A DNA stretch of 64,000 nucleotides, from positions 3,130-67,129 of the forward strand of contig CAJOFJ010000004.1 in assembly GCA_905233625.1 (NCBI GenBank), read 5' to 3'. The DNA comes from an uncultured Bacteroidales bacterium (GTDB taxonomy: Bacteria > Bacteroidota > Bacteroidia > Bacteroidales > WCHB1-69). Positions 38,414-47,727 of this stretch are shown piece after piece (the first letter of the stretch is position 1; each line of letters starts with the position of its first letter). The translations under genes were made by a program, and so were the position numbers. The notes beneath the pieces are model-generated. The model did no database searches. It was given only the letters and a program-made list of their open reading frames with translations, and was not told the origin of the DNA.

Positions 38414-41251
38414 ATGAAAAAAGTACTCTTTATTTTTACCATCTTCATTTCCATATTGACCTATGCATCTGCGCAAGGGACTATCAATATTGGGAGCAGT
38501 CCTGTCATATCCAACTGTGACCTTCTCATATATGACAATGGCGGAATCAACGGAGATTACTCTTCAAATCTCGACCAGACTCTGACCATCACATCCAACG
38601 ACCCCAATAACGGCTGTGTCATGGTTGAAGTCCAAAACATGGACATACATGAAAGCGACACCCTCTACTTTTACGATGGCATTGACACTAACGGAATATT
38701 ACTGCACAAGCTCAACAACGGCAATTACAATCCGACTGTTACATATCGTTACGCCGCCAGCATACAGAACGCCACAGGAGCTGTTACCATCAGGTTCAAA
38801 ACTGATACATCCCTTGTGGGGGAAGGCTTTGTGCTACACACCAGTTGCATTGCCCCGTGCCAACGTGTAAACCTACATTTGGATTCGTTACAATCCACTC
38901 ATATTCCCCATTTGGACCCCGAAGACAGCTATTATTATTTGGATGTATGTCCATACGACACCGTCCATCTGGTGGTTCACTGCGATTATCCCGACAATGA
39001 TTTCAGCTACCACCAGTCGGATGCCACCACTCGCTTCAACTGGGATTTTGACTTAGAGCAATTTGAAATTACGGGCGGCAATACCATTGACTACTATTTT
39101 ACTCCGGGACGTGGGTATGACGTAGCCATCAGTGCCGTGGACGTGAGTCATTGCCCGTCTTTGGTACCTATCACCTTCCGTGTACGCACCTCAAAAAACC
39201 CCATCAAAGGAATCACGTCCCAGCCGCCAGCATGTACAGGAGACGAATTGCAACTGTCGGTGGGTTATGACAATTTGTCTTCTCTCCAATTAACTCCCGT
39301 GGGGAGTGAGCAAATCACCTCATTAGCAGTGGTGGATACGGTTTTTCTTCCCGATGGTATAAGTTGTCCACCATACGGCTACTACTACCGCTCATACGTC
39401 AATTTTACGGCTTTTGCGCCCAATGCGACCATCACCAGTGCCAACGACATTTTATATGTGCGTTTGAAGATTGAACATTCAGCCATTGAAGACATCCGTA
39501 TCTCTTTGGTTTGTCCCAATGGCAGTCGTTGCAAAATAGTTCCCGACTACCAGTATGACGGTTGGGGCGGTGTTACCCACTATTTCAGAACCAACCTTGG
39601 AGTAGCCAATCGACTACAGGAAGTGGTAAGTTGCAACGCTTCCCAAAACCCCATGGGCATTGCATGGAACTACGTATGGTCGAACAACAGCACTCTGGGT
39701 TATCAATATGCCAATACCCCTAACAGCTATTGCTACGAACCTGGAAATGTTCATTCTTCCTATAATCCCTATTGGGATGACGGCACCACCTCCTACAAAA
39801 TCGACTCTACCGATGTGGCCAATATGACACAAGTATATCATCCCTTGCAAAGCTTTGCCGGCATGGTGGGTTGTCCGCTTAACGGAAGTTGGTACATTGA
39901 AATTGAGGATGTATGGACTAACGACAACGGCTATCTGCACGAATGGGAGATGGCTTTGGACCCCTCTTTATTGCCACAAAACTGGTCATACGATGTAGAA
40001 GTTGACACCATTTTCATCAGTGGCCCTGGAGCTAATGGAATCTATATCGTTCCCAACCAAAGCGGCAATGTTCCTTATACTGTAAATGTCATTGACGAAT
40101 TTGGCTGTCTTTATGACACGGTGATGAATATCGACATCACCCAGAGTCCGCAACCCGATTTAGGAGAAGACCGATACATCTGCTTTGGCGACCTATACTT
40201 ATTGAGTTCGAACTGGCAGGACAGTAGTTCCACTTTTTTATGGAATACTGGCGAGCACACTTCCGACATTTATCTCACCTCCGCAGGCGAGTATTCCCTT
40301 AACGTTTTCAATACTTCTGAAGAGGGGCTCGTATGCAGTGGCACAGATACCGTACTGATTATGGTTGCCCCAAAACCGACAGCCGGCTTTTCAGCTAACG
40401 ATACCAGCGGCTGCGCACCTTTGTTTGTCTCTTTTACCAACAATAGCACAGTAATGGAAGAGAGCATGCAATATTATTGGACATGCTGGGATGAATACGG
40501 ACAAGTCGTCTTTACCTCAACGCAACAAAATCCTAATTTCACCTTCGAACAAGGAGGTGTTTTCAGCGTACAACTCACGCTTACCACTCCCGAGGGTTGC
40601 CAAGACTCGCTGCTGAAAACCGATTTTATCCACGTCAACTACCAACCCGTCGCCGAATTTGAGATTATTCCAGAAGTTTCATTATGGTCTGAGACCGATG
40701 GCGTCATCATGTTCCGCGTTATGGGTGATACGCTTTCTTTTGACAACAATATGCATATCATTTGGGAATTTGGAGATGGCAACAGCGACTCTTCCGGCTA
40801 CAGCATAGAGCATAATTATAGTAGCTGGGGTGACTATGTTGTTTCCCTGACCATGTCTTCTTCTGACGGATGTAGCAGCAGCATTGCTCACACGGTGACG
40901 CTTGAAGCCGATCTTGTCTTCCCAAATATCATTACTCCCAATGGTGACGGAGTGAACGATGTGTTCGCTATTGGTAATCTCAACACCTACATGAATCCAT
41001 TTGACCCTGACAAATACCGGAATAATGAACTAACCATCTATGACCGCTGGGGCAAGCAAATTTATCATGCCTTGAACTATGACACTTTCATGGATATGAG
41101 CGGTGAGCGGGGCAATGACATCATTACGGGTGAACAAGTTTTTGACGCCGCCAAGCTCAATGATGGAACCTATTTCTTCACCTTTTATTATAAAGGGAAA
41201 TTAAAAACAGTGAATTATCACGGCACGATACAGGTGATACGAGACCGGTAA
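38414..41251 (+). CDS. Large T9SS-secreted protein, paralog 2 (same architecture as 35379-38252)
   Basis: Colinear motifs YDNGGINGDY, IEHSAIEDIRISLVCPNG, EWEMALDPSLLPQ, WEFGDG, FPNIITPNGDGVNDVF. Confidence 0.85.
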   Translation: MKKVLFIFTIFISILTYASAQGTINIGSSPVISNCDLLIYDNGGINGDYSSNLDQTLTITSNDPNNGCVMVEVQNMDIHESDTLYFYDGIDTNGILLHKLNNGNYNPTVTYRYAASIQNATGAVTIRFKTDTSLVGEGFVLHTSCIAPCQRVNLHLDSLQSTHIPHLDPEDSYYYLDVCPYDTVHLVVHCDYPDNDFSYHQSDATTRFNWDFDLEQFEITGGNTIDYYFTPGRGYDVAISAVDVSHCPSLVPITFRVRTSKNPIKGITSQPPACTGDELQLSVGYDNLSSLQLTPVGSEQITSLAVVDTVFLPDGISCPPYGYYYRSYVNFTAFAPNATITSANDILYVRLKIEHSAIEDIRISLVCPNGSRCKIVPDYQYDGWGGVTHYFRTNLGVANRLQEVVSCNASQNPMGIAWNYVWSNNSTLGYQYANTPNSYCYEPGNVHSSYNPYWDDGTTSYKIDSTDVANMTQVYHPLQSFAGMVGCPLNGSWYIEIEDVWTNDNGYLHEWEMALDPSLLPQNWSYDVEVDTIFISGPGANGIYIVPNQSGNVPYTVNVIDEFGCLYDTVMNIDITQSPQPDLGEDRYICFGDLYLLSSNWQDSSSTFLWNTGEHTSDIYLTSAGEYSLNVFNTSEEGLVCSGTDTVLIMVAPKPTAGFSANDTSGCAPLFVSFTNNSTVMEESMQYYWTCWDEYGQVVFTSTQQNPNFTFEQGGVFSVQLTLTTPEGCQDSLLKTDFIHVNYQPVAEFEIIPEVSLWSETDGVIMFRVMGDTLSFDNNMHIIWEFGDGNSDSSGYSIEHNYSSWGDYVVSLTMSSSDGCSSSIAHTVTLEADLVFPNIITPNGDGVNDVFAIGNLNTYMNPFDPDKYRNNELTIYDRWGKQIYHALNYDTFMDMSGERGNDIITGEQVFDAAKLNDGTYFFTFYYKGKLKTVNYHGTIQVIRDR

Positions 41252-41260
41252 CAGTTATAT

Positions 41261-41327
41261 ACCTGCCCTTGGGACACTCCTTCTGAAAGAAGGGAAATTC
41301 AAAGTTCAGAATTCAAAACTAATTACT
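41261..41327 (-). repeat. Degenerate REP-like double-hairpin copy plus AATTCAR-type heptamers
   Basis: Minus strand CCCTTCT-ttc-AGAAGGAG t GTCC-caa-GGGC AGGT; plus strand then AATTCAA AGTTCAG AATTCAA. Confidence 0.5.
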
Positions 41328-41337
41328 ACTATAGATT

Positions 41338-41502
41338 ATGAAAAAGATATTGTTTTTTATTTGTGCAGCGGCAATGACATGTTGCGCTTGCAGCAAATCA
41401 TGCACCTGCGCTATCTCCAGCAACAATCAGGCACAGGAACTTGAAATTGCATATAACGACGACTGTTCTAACTACACCACCGACAGCCAGACCTGCAGGT
41501 AA
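41338..41502 (+). CDS. Small Cys-rich putative lipoprotein (54 aa; absent from the ORF track)
   Basis: MKKILFFICAAAMTCCAC-SKSCTCAISSNNQAQELEIAYNDDCSNYTTDSQTCR*; MKK + hydrophobic core + lipobox-like Cys. Confidence 0.7.
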   Translation: MKKILFFICAAAMTCCACSKSCTCAISSNNQAQELEIAYNDDCSNYTTDSQTCR

Positions 41503-41515
41503 GAAGTTATTGTTT

Positions 41516-42433
41516 TTATTTACTCAGAAATTCAACCAATTCTTGCTCATTCAAGCCACGATAGTCAAGACCCTTCTCAACTTGTCCATCATGGGTAAAA
41601 ATGAAAGTAGGGAATTTTCCATAAACCACATCTATGGCCGCTATTGGACTAATATGATGCCATAAGAATTTTTCGCAATTGGTTTCTTTCCTAAATTGCT
41701 GGATATTAGCAGTATCTCCCCATATCAACATCTGAAATCTAGTTGAATCAATAGCATTTTGTTCCATCATAAGAGACATCCTCTTTGCACTCATCTTACA
41801 GTATTTACAGCCAGAAGCATAAACTGCCACCACGTAATTACCGTCATGAATATCAAAAGCGGTCATCGTACTATCTGATGTGACCTTCTCAAACGCAGAG
41901 ACATTAATCTCATCGACTGGCGAGACAAATTTGTTATAAACAGCATCCATTGGGAACACACAGAAGGGCACCACAAATGATACCAGACAAGCGGCCGCAA
42001 TCGCCCATTTCTTTCCTTTAAACTGATAATCCTCCTCTTTCCGGATGAAAAGCATCAAAATCATGGTTACCACATTTTTGATGATGGAATGTGCGGGATT
42101 CAACTGAACGATATCACCAAAACAATGACAATTGGTATCATTTCTGAAAATAGCCACATAAATCAGGAAAAGTGTGAATCCCACCAGCATTAGCATAGTG
42201 AGCCGCCATGCATACTTATACAACAGTTTGGCCATCAAGCAAATACCTAACAACATCTCGGCCATAATTACCAGACGGGCCACCACTGTTGAGAACAGGA
42301 AACTGAAAATATTGAAGCTGTATATATAAGCTTCAAACTCATCTATCGTAATCAGTTTCATAATGGCTGTTGTAATGAACAAACCGCCTATCAACAATCT
42401 TAAAATCAATAAAATAACATCTTTTGCCTTCAT
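41516..42433 (-). CDS. DoxX/MauE-family membrane protein with C-terminal thioredoxin-like domain
   Basis: LRLLIGGLFITTAIMKL, NCHCFGD, SIIKN; CxxC motif GCKYC. Confidence 0.8.
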   Translation of the reverse strand: MKAKDVILLILRLLIGGLFITTAIMKLITIDEFEAYIYSFNIFSFLFSTVVARLVIMAEMLLGICLMAKLLYKYAWRLTMLMLVGFTLFLIYVAIFRNDTNCHCFGDIVQLNPAHSIIKNVVTMILMLFIRKEEDYQFKGKKWAIAAACLVSFVVPFCVFPMDAVYNKFVSPVDEINVSAFEKVTSDSTMTAFDIHDGNYVVAVYASGCKYCKMSAKRMSLMMEQNAIDSTRFQMLIWGDTANIQQFRKETNCEKFLWHHISPIAAIDVVYGKFPTFIFTHDGQVEKGLDYRGLNEQELVEFLSK

Positions 42434-42455
42434 AATTTACATGTATTTTTCTTTA

Positions 42456-42506
42456 ATTTACATCACTACCCCGCCCTTCGGGCACCCCTTCTCCAAGAAG
42501 GGGGAT
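42456..42506 (-). repeat. REP-like double-hairpin element, copy 2
   Basis: Minus strand CCCCTTCT-tgg-AGAAGGGG t GCCC-gaa-GGGC GGGGTAGTGATGTAAAT. Confidence 0.75.
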
Positions 42507-42549
42507 CAGTTTTCTCACTCATTCGTCAACCCTCCGATAAGGGGAATTA

Positions 42550-44265
42550 TTAGTTGATTCCTTTTGGGATAGCCCCGATTAATTTTTTAGTATATTCTGT
42601 CTGCGGATGGGAATACACCTCGTCCGCGTCATTAAGTTCCACGATACTGCCATTCTGCATCACCGCCATTCTGTCGGACATGAACTTCACCACCGACAGG
42701 TCGTGGGAAATGAAGATATAGGTCAGATGATATTCCTGTTTCAATTCATTGAGCAAGTTCAGCACCTGGGCCTGCACCGACACATCCAATGCGGAAACCG
42801 ACTCATCGCAGATGATGAAGCGTGGATTCACCGCCAAAGCACGGGCTATGCTAATACGCTGCCGCTGGCCACCGGAGAATTCATGCGGATAGCGATAAAA
42901 ATGCGATTCGTCGAGACCCACTCTCTCCAGCAACTCTATTGCACGTTTTTTCCGTTCTTTGTCATTGTCATATAAACGATGCACCTGCATTGGCTCCAAA
43001 ATAGCCGAACCAATAGTAATTCTTTGATTCAAAGATGAATATGGATCTTGGAGAATAATCTGAAGGTCTTTGCGGCGTTTCATCATTTCCCGACCCGACA
43101 AATTTAGCAGGTTCTCTCCCCTATAGGTTACAATTCCAGAAGTGGGTTCAATCAGCCGGATCATAGATCTGCCCAAGGTGGTTTTGCCGCAACCCGACTC
43201 TCCCACCAAGCCCAAGGTCTCTCCTTCATATACTTCCAAATTAATGTCTTGCGCCGCATGAACATACTCCTGCTTCTCAAATAGTTTCCGTTTACGGATA
43301 GGATAGGTCTTGAACAAATGTTCAATGCTGATTAACGGTTTCTCAGCATATAACTGCTGATGAAAAGCTTGTCTTTCCTCCGGAGAGACAAGCTCCTTCG
43401 ACACCGCCTTATGCTCTTCCGCACAGTGCATATAATCATCCACAGTGGATAATTTTTTCAAGCGCACATCCAAAGGCGGACGGCAAGCCAAAAGACCTTG
43501 CGTATAAGGATGTTGAGGATATCTGAAAATCTCCTGTATCGGTCCGGCCTCCACAATCTGACCCTTGTACAGCACCACCACCTTTTCGGCGATTTCGGCC
43601 ACCACGCCCAGATCATGCGTGATAAAAATCACGCTCATGCCATGCTTTTGCTGCAAACCACGTATCAGCTCCAGAATATTTTTCTGAACTGTCACATCCA
43701 AAGCGGTAGTTGGCTCATCCGCAATCAGAATATCGGGATGGCAACTCATGGCCATGGCGATCATCACACGTTGTTTCTGACCACCCGACAATTCATGAGG
43801 ATAGGAGTCGAAGATTTTCTCCGGACGAGGCAACATCACCTCTTTGAACAAAGAAATCACCTGCTCATGCGCTTCTTTTTCACTGACAGCATTATGCAGC
43901 ATTATCGCCTCCGTCACCTGGTCACCGCACTTGATAACCGGATTGAGGGAGGTCATCGGTTCTTGGAAAATCATGGCAATGCGTGCACCACGAATACTCC
44001 GCATCTGCGATTCAGAAGCTTCCAGAATATTGATTTCCTTTTCTTTATCATGAAAAACAATGCTTCCTGACGTGAATTTGGACAACTTGCGATTCAGCAG
44101 TTGCATCACCGACAAAGCGGTTACCGACTTACCCGAGCCCGACTCACCCACGATCCCCACAGTCTCCCCTTTCCCCAACGAAAAAGTCACATGATGCAGA
44201 ATCTGTTTCCATTCCTCATCGCGTTTCAATTCCAAAGAAAAATCATTAACCGTCAGAATATCCAT
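42550..44265 (-). CDS. Peptide/nickel ABC transporter ATP-binding protein, fused double ATPase
   Basis: GESGSGKS and [38 protein letters not shown]; likely start 44265. Confidence 0.92.
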   Translation of the reverse strand: MDILTVNDFSLELKRDEEWKQILHHVTFSLGKGETVGIVGESGSGKSVTALSVMQLLNRKLSKFTSGSIVFHDKEKEINILEASESQMRSIRGARIAMIFQEPMTSLNPVIKCGDQVTEAIMLHNAVSEKEAHEQVISLFKEVMLPRPEKIFDSYPHELSGGQKQRVMIAMAMSCHPDILIADEPTTALDVTVQKNILELIRGLQQKHGMSVIFITHDLGVVAEIAEKVVVLYKGQIVEAGPIQEIFRYPQHPYTQGLLACRPPLDVRLKKLSTVDDYMHCAEEHKAVSKELVSPEERQAFHQQLYAEKPLISIEHLFKTYPIRKRKLFEKQEYVHAAQDINLEVYEGETLGLVGESGCGKTTLGRSMIRLIEPTSGIVTYRGENLLNLSGREMMKRRKDLQIILQDPYSSLNQRITIGSAILEPMQVHRLYDNDKERKKRAIELLERVGLDESHFYRYPHEFSGGQRQRISIARALAVNPRFIICDESVSALDVSVQAQVLNLLNELKQEYHLTYIFISHDLSVVKFMSDRMAVMQNGSIVELNDADEVYSHPQTEYTKKLIGAIPKGIN

Positions 44266-44285
44266 GATAATAACAAAATGAGAGG

Positions 44286-44313
44286 CAAAAATACAAAAAT
44301 TTTTGTAGCTTTG
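44286..44313. promoter_or_regulatory. Palindromic back-to-back -7 promoter pair
   Basis: CAAAAATACAAAAA/TTTTTGTAGCTTTG contains TATTTTTG (minus) and TAGCTTTG (plus). Confidence 0.6.
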
Positions 44314-44331
44314 CACGCTTAAACTGATGCG

Positions 44332-47300
44332 ATGAAAAAACTTGGGCAAATCATGGTTTTATCCCTGCTGCTGATAGCGGTTGTACCTTTGTATGCCCAG
44401 TTCTACAATGGTTCGCAGCTCAGTTTTGGAAAGAACCGAGTACAGCATCAGAAATTCAATTGGGAATACTTCCGTGACACACAATTCGACGTTTATTTTT
44501 ACCCCACTGGCAAAAATCTGGCTGAATATACGTTGTTCAAAGCCCCGCAAGTAATCAGTGAGATTGAAAAAATGCTCAATTTCACTTCGGAAAAGAAAAT
44601 CCAGTTCATCGTTTACAACACACAGGCGGATTTTCGGGAATCAAATTTCGCATACGATGACGAGGATTTTTACAATCAAGGCGGTATCACCAACATATAC
44701 GGCACAAAAGTATATCTATACTTTGATGGCAGCCATGCCCATTTCGACCAAATGATACGGGCAGGTGTCATGAATATTTACGCTCACCTGCTGGTGGAGG
44801 GCAGCACCACCGCCTCCAATATGAAATCAAGCTACACTGGCTCCATGCCCAGCTGGTACTACAACGGTCTGTCGTCCTATATTGGTCGAAACTGGGACAG
44901 CAACATTGACGCCCATGTCAAAGACGGCATTCTGACCCAGCGTTATGCTGATTTCGACGAGCTTCCACCTATGGATGCCACCTATGCCGGACATTCCTTT
45001 TGGAAATTCATCGTGGACGAATATGGGGAGAAGGCAATCCCCAACATTTTGCATGTCACCCGTTCTTCAAGAAGCTATGAGCGAGGTTTTTACCTTGTCA
45101 CTGGTCTGGAATACCGACAACTGCTGGCCAACTGGTTTCGCTATTATTATATTCTTTATGCCAAAGACCGGGAAAGAACAATGCCCGATGGAAACGGTAT
45201 TCTAAAGCGCCCACATAAACTGCGGGATTACAACCAGCTTTGTTTCTCGCCAGACGGGGAAAGTTACGCCTATGCCACCAATGAGGCGGGACAGGTGAAA
45301 ATCTGGATAAAGACCCCTGAAAAGAAAAAAGCTATCGTCATTTATCGGAAATATAAAAAGACTGAAGACAATCCTGACTTGAGCTACCCTTCTCTCTGCT
45401 GGCACCCGAACGGCGAGATTCTCGCCTTCACCATGGAGGACAAAGGTCGCTGCTATTATTATCCATACGATATTGAAAAACATAAATTAGGAAAAAGGAT
45501 TATGGTGGATGTAGAGAAAATCACCGATTTCTCGTTTGACCCGGATGGCAAATTTTTACTCTTTTCCGGATTCAAAAATGGACAATCCGACGTATTCATT
45601 TTCAGTCTGTTAGCTAAATCCTATCAGAATATCACCAATGATTTTTATGATGATTGTTTTCCTGTTTTTTTAGACAAAAAGCAAATTGTTTTCTCTTCCA
45701 ATCGACCAACGGACTCTATCAAAATCAAAGACCCGTTTTATCTGGCCAAACCTGTTGACGGATACAATCTGTTTCTGTACCGCTATGGACAAAAAGATGA
45801 AAAGCTACTGCAAATCACCCATTCGAACCATGTAAACAACATTCAGGCGCAAGCGGTAAGTCCACGGGAAATACTGTATTTGAGTGATGAAAACGGTATT
45901 TACAATCAGCAATTGGCACGATTGGACAGCAGTATCAGCAAGATTGACACCATTATCCATTATGGCTACTTTGCCCGCCTGTCGTACCTGAGCGATAACT
46001 ATTACAGCATTTTCGAACAAAATTATAATCCCGTATCCGGACAAAGCGGAAGTATTATATTATACGATAAGGCCAAACGCATATACATCACCCCATTGGC
46101 ATCACCCTTGCACCAGCAAGAGCTCAAAGCCTCTGGCATTCAAGCACAAATGCTGAAAAGTCAGCAAAACAAGGACAGTTTGGCTAACCTCAAGGTGGAA
46201 CAAAAGAAAGAAAAAACAGTCAAACACGGGTTTTACCAATTCCGAAAGAGTGATTTGGTGAAAAAAAACATGGTGGAGGCAGACAGTGTCAGCAATACTG
46301 CACTTAAGAAAGGCGTCCAAGAAGACATCCTGACCCGAGGCTTTGCGTACGTACATCCCGTTTCAAAAAATTATTACACACAATACACTGTAAACAAACT
46401 GGTTACACAAGCAGATTACGGTTTTCTGAATACCACTTACCAGCAATTTACCAGCAGTACCAATCCCATTTATCTCAATACCGGTCTCAACGCATTGTTC
46501 ATGGTAGGTATTCATGACTTGTTTGAGAACCATCGTATCACAGGCGGTTTCAGGTTAGGTTTGGACCTGCAGAGTAATGAATTCATGATCAGCTACGAAA
46601 ATCTTTCGCGAAGAGTGGATCACCAGATTGTCTTTTACCGCCAATCTATCCGCTCAAACAACAGTTACTACGTATATAAACAGCGGAATAACAGCCTGTT
46701 TTACATTATCAAACTACCATTCGACAAATTCAACAGCATCCGACTCACCCTCACGGGAAGAGTGGAAACCAATATTTTGGCAAGCACCAACGACGTATCG
46801 CTCAAATCAGCCAACGAATGGCATGTATGGGCGGGCGCCAAACTGGAATATATCTTTGATTCTTCCAAAGAACTCTTCACCAATTTATGGAAAGGCAGTA
46901 AGATCAAAATTTTTGCGGAATATCAACAACGGGTGGAAAAAGAAACGAAAAATTTATTTGTCATCGGCTTTGACATCCGCAAATCTGTGAAAGTATATAA
47001 GAACATGACCTGGGCCACGCGACTGGCAGCCAGTACCAATTTCGGGCAATCGCGCCTGGTGTACTACATGGGAGGTGTGGACAACTGGATTGGCGCCAAA
47101 TTCAACAGTGACATTTGGGTAGATATCAGTAAGGACTATGCATACCAGACTTTGGCCACCAATATGCATGGTTTTGAGCAAAACATACGCAATGGCACCT
47201 CGTTCATTGTGTTGAATACCGAACTGCGTATTCCCTTTGTGCAACTCATCGCTGGCCACAAAGTAAGACTTAACTTATTCAATTCCATGCAGTTACTTTT

Positions 47301-47562
47301 ATTTGGAGACATTGGAACAGCATGGACGGGCCTCACCCCATACTCTGACGACAACTGTCTCTACACCCGCTATGTCATCAACGGTCCCATCACCGCCAAA
47401 ATCAAGCGACAGGTGGAACCCTTTGTAGGAAGTTTTGGTCTAGGGTTGAGGGTTAGCTTTTTCGGCTACTTCCTACGGTTTGACTATGCATGGGGAGTAG
47501 AAGATCACAAAATATACAATCCCAAAGGTATGTTTAACTTCTCCATTGGCTTGGATTTTTAA
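44332..47562 (+). CDS. Outer membrane protein: peptidase-like N-domain, TolB/PD40 beta-propeller and Omp85/BamA-like barrel
   Basis: Signal peptide, FGKNRVQ, FSPDGE/WHPNGE/FDPDGK repeats, LNTELRIP, FGDIGTAW, LRFDYAWG, terminal F. Confidence 0.7.
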   Translation: MKKLGQIMVLSLLLIAVVPLYAQFYNGSQLSFGKNRVQHQKFNWEYFRDTQFDVYFYPTGKNLAEYTLFKAPQVISEIEKMLNFTSEKKIQFIVYNTQADFRESNFAYDDEDFYNQGGITNIYGTKVYLYFDGSHAHFDQMIRAGVMNIYAHLLVEGSTTASNMKSSYTGSMPSWYYNGLSSYIGRNWDSNIDAHVKDGILTQRYADFDELPPMDATYAGHSFWKFIVDEYGEKAIPNILHVTRSSRSYERGFYLVTGLEYRQLLANWFRYYYILYAKDRERTMPDGNGILKRPHKLRDYNQLCFSPDGESYAYATNEAGQVKIWIKTPEKKKAIVIYRKYKKTEDNPDLSYPSLCWHPNGEILAFTMEDKGRCYYYPYDIEKHKLGKRIMVDVEKITDFSFDPDGKFLLFSGFKNGQSDVFIFSLLAKSYQNITNDFYDDCFPVFLDKKQIVFSSNRPTDSIKIKDPFYLAKPVDGYNLFLYRYGQKDEKLLQITHSNHVNNIQAQAVSPREILYLSDENGIYNQQLARLDSSISKIDTIIHYGYFARLSYLSDNYYSIFEQNYNPVSGQSGSIILYDKAKRIYITPLASPLHQQELKASGIQAQMLKSQQNKDSLANLKVEQKKEKTVKHGFYQFRKSDLVKKNMVEADSVSNTALKKGVQEDILTRGFAYVHPVSKNYYTQYTVNKLVTQADYGFLNTTYQQFTSSTNPIYLNTGLNALFMVGIHDLFENHRITGGFRLGLDLQSNEFMISYENLSRRVDHQIVFYRQSIRSNNSYYVYKQRNNSLFYIIKLPFDKFNSIRLTLTGRVETNILASTNDVSLKSANEWHVWAGAKLEYIFDSSKELFTNLWKGSKIKIFAEYQQRVEKETKNLFVIGFDIRKSVKVYKNMTWATRLAASTNFGQSRLVYYMGGVDNWIGAKFNSDIWVDISKDYAYQTLATNMHGFEQNIRNGTSFIVLNTELRIPFVQLIAGHKVRLNLFNSMQLLLFGDIGTAWTGLTPYSDDNCLYTRYVINGPITAKIKRQVEPFVGSFGLGLRVSFFGYFLRFDYAWGVEDHKIYNPKGMFNFSIGLDF

Positions 47563-47675
47563 AGGTGAATCCCCGAATCCGACACCATCTTCCCGCCATA
47601 TAAAAACACGGACACCGCCTACAAAAAGATGACGTTCGACATTAAAGCAATATTTGTTTTTTCAGAAAAAACCAG

Positions 47676-47683
47676 TATTTTTG
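47676..47683 (+). promoter_or_regulatory. -7 promoter element heading the accessory array
   Basis: TATTTTTG upstream of the mscS-like gene. Confidence 0.5.
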
Positions 47684-47727
47684 CGGAAAATTTGAATCAG
47701 ATACAAATGCTGGCAAACAATTCAACA

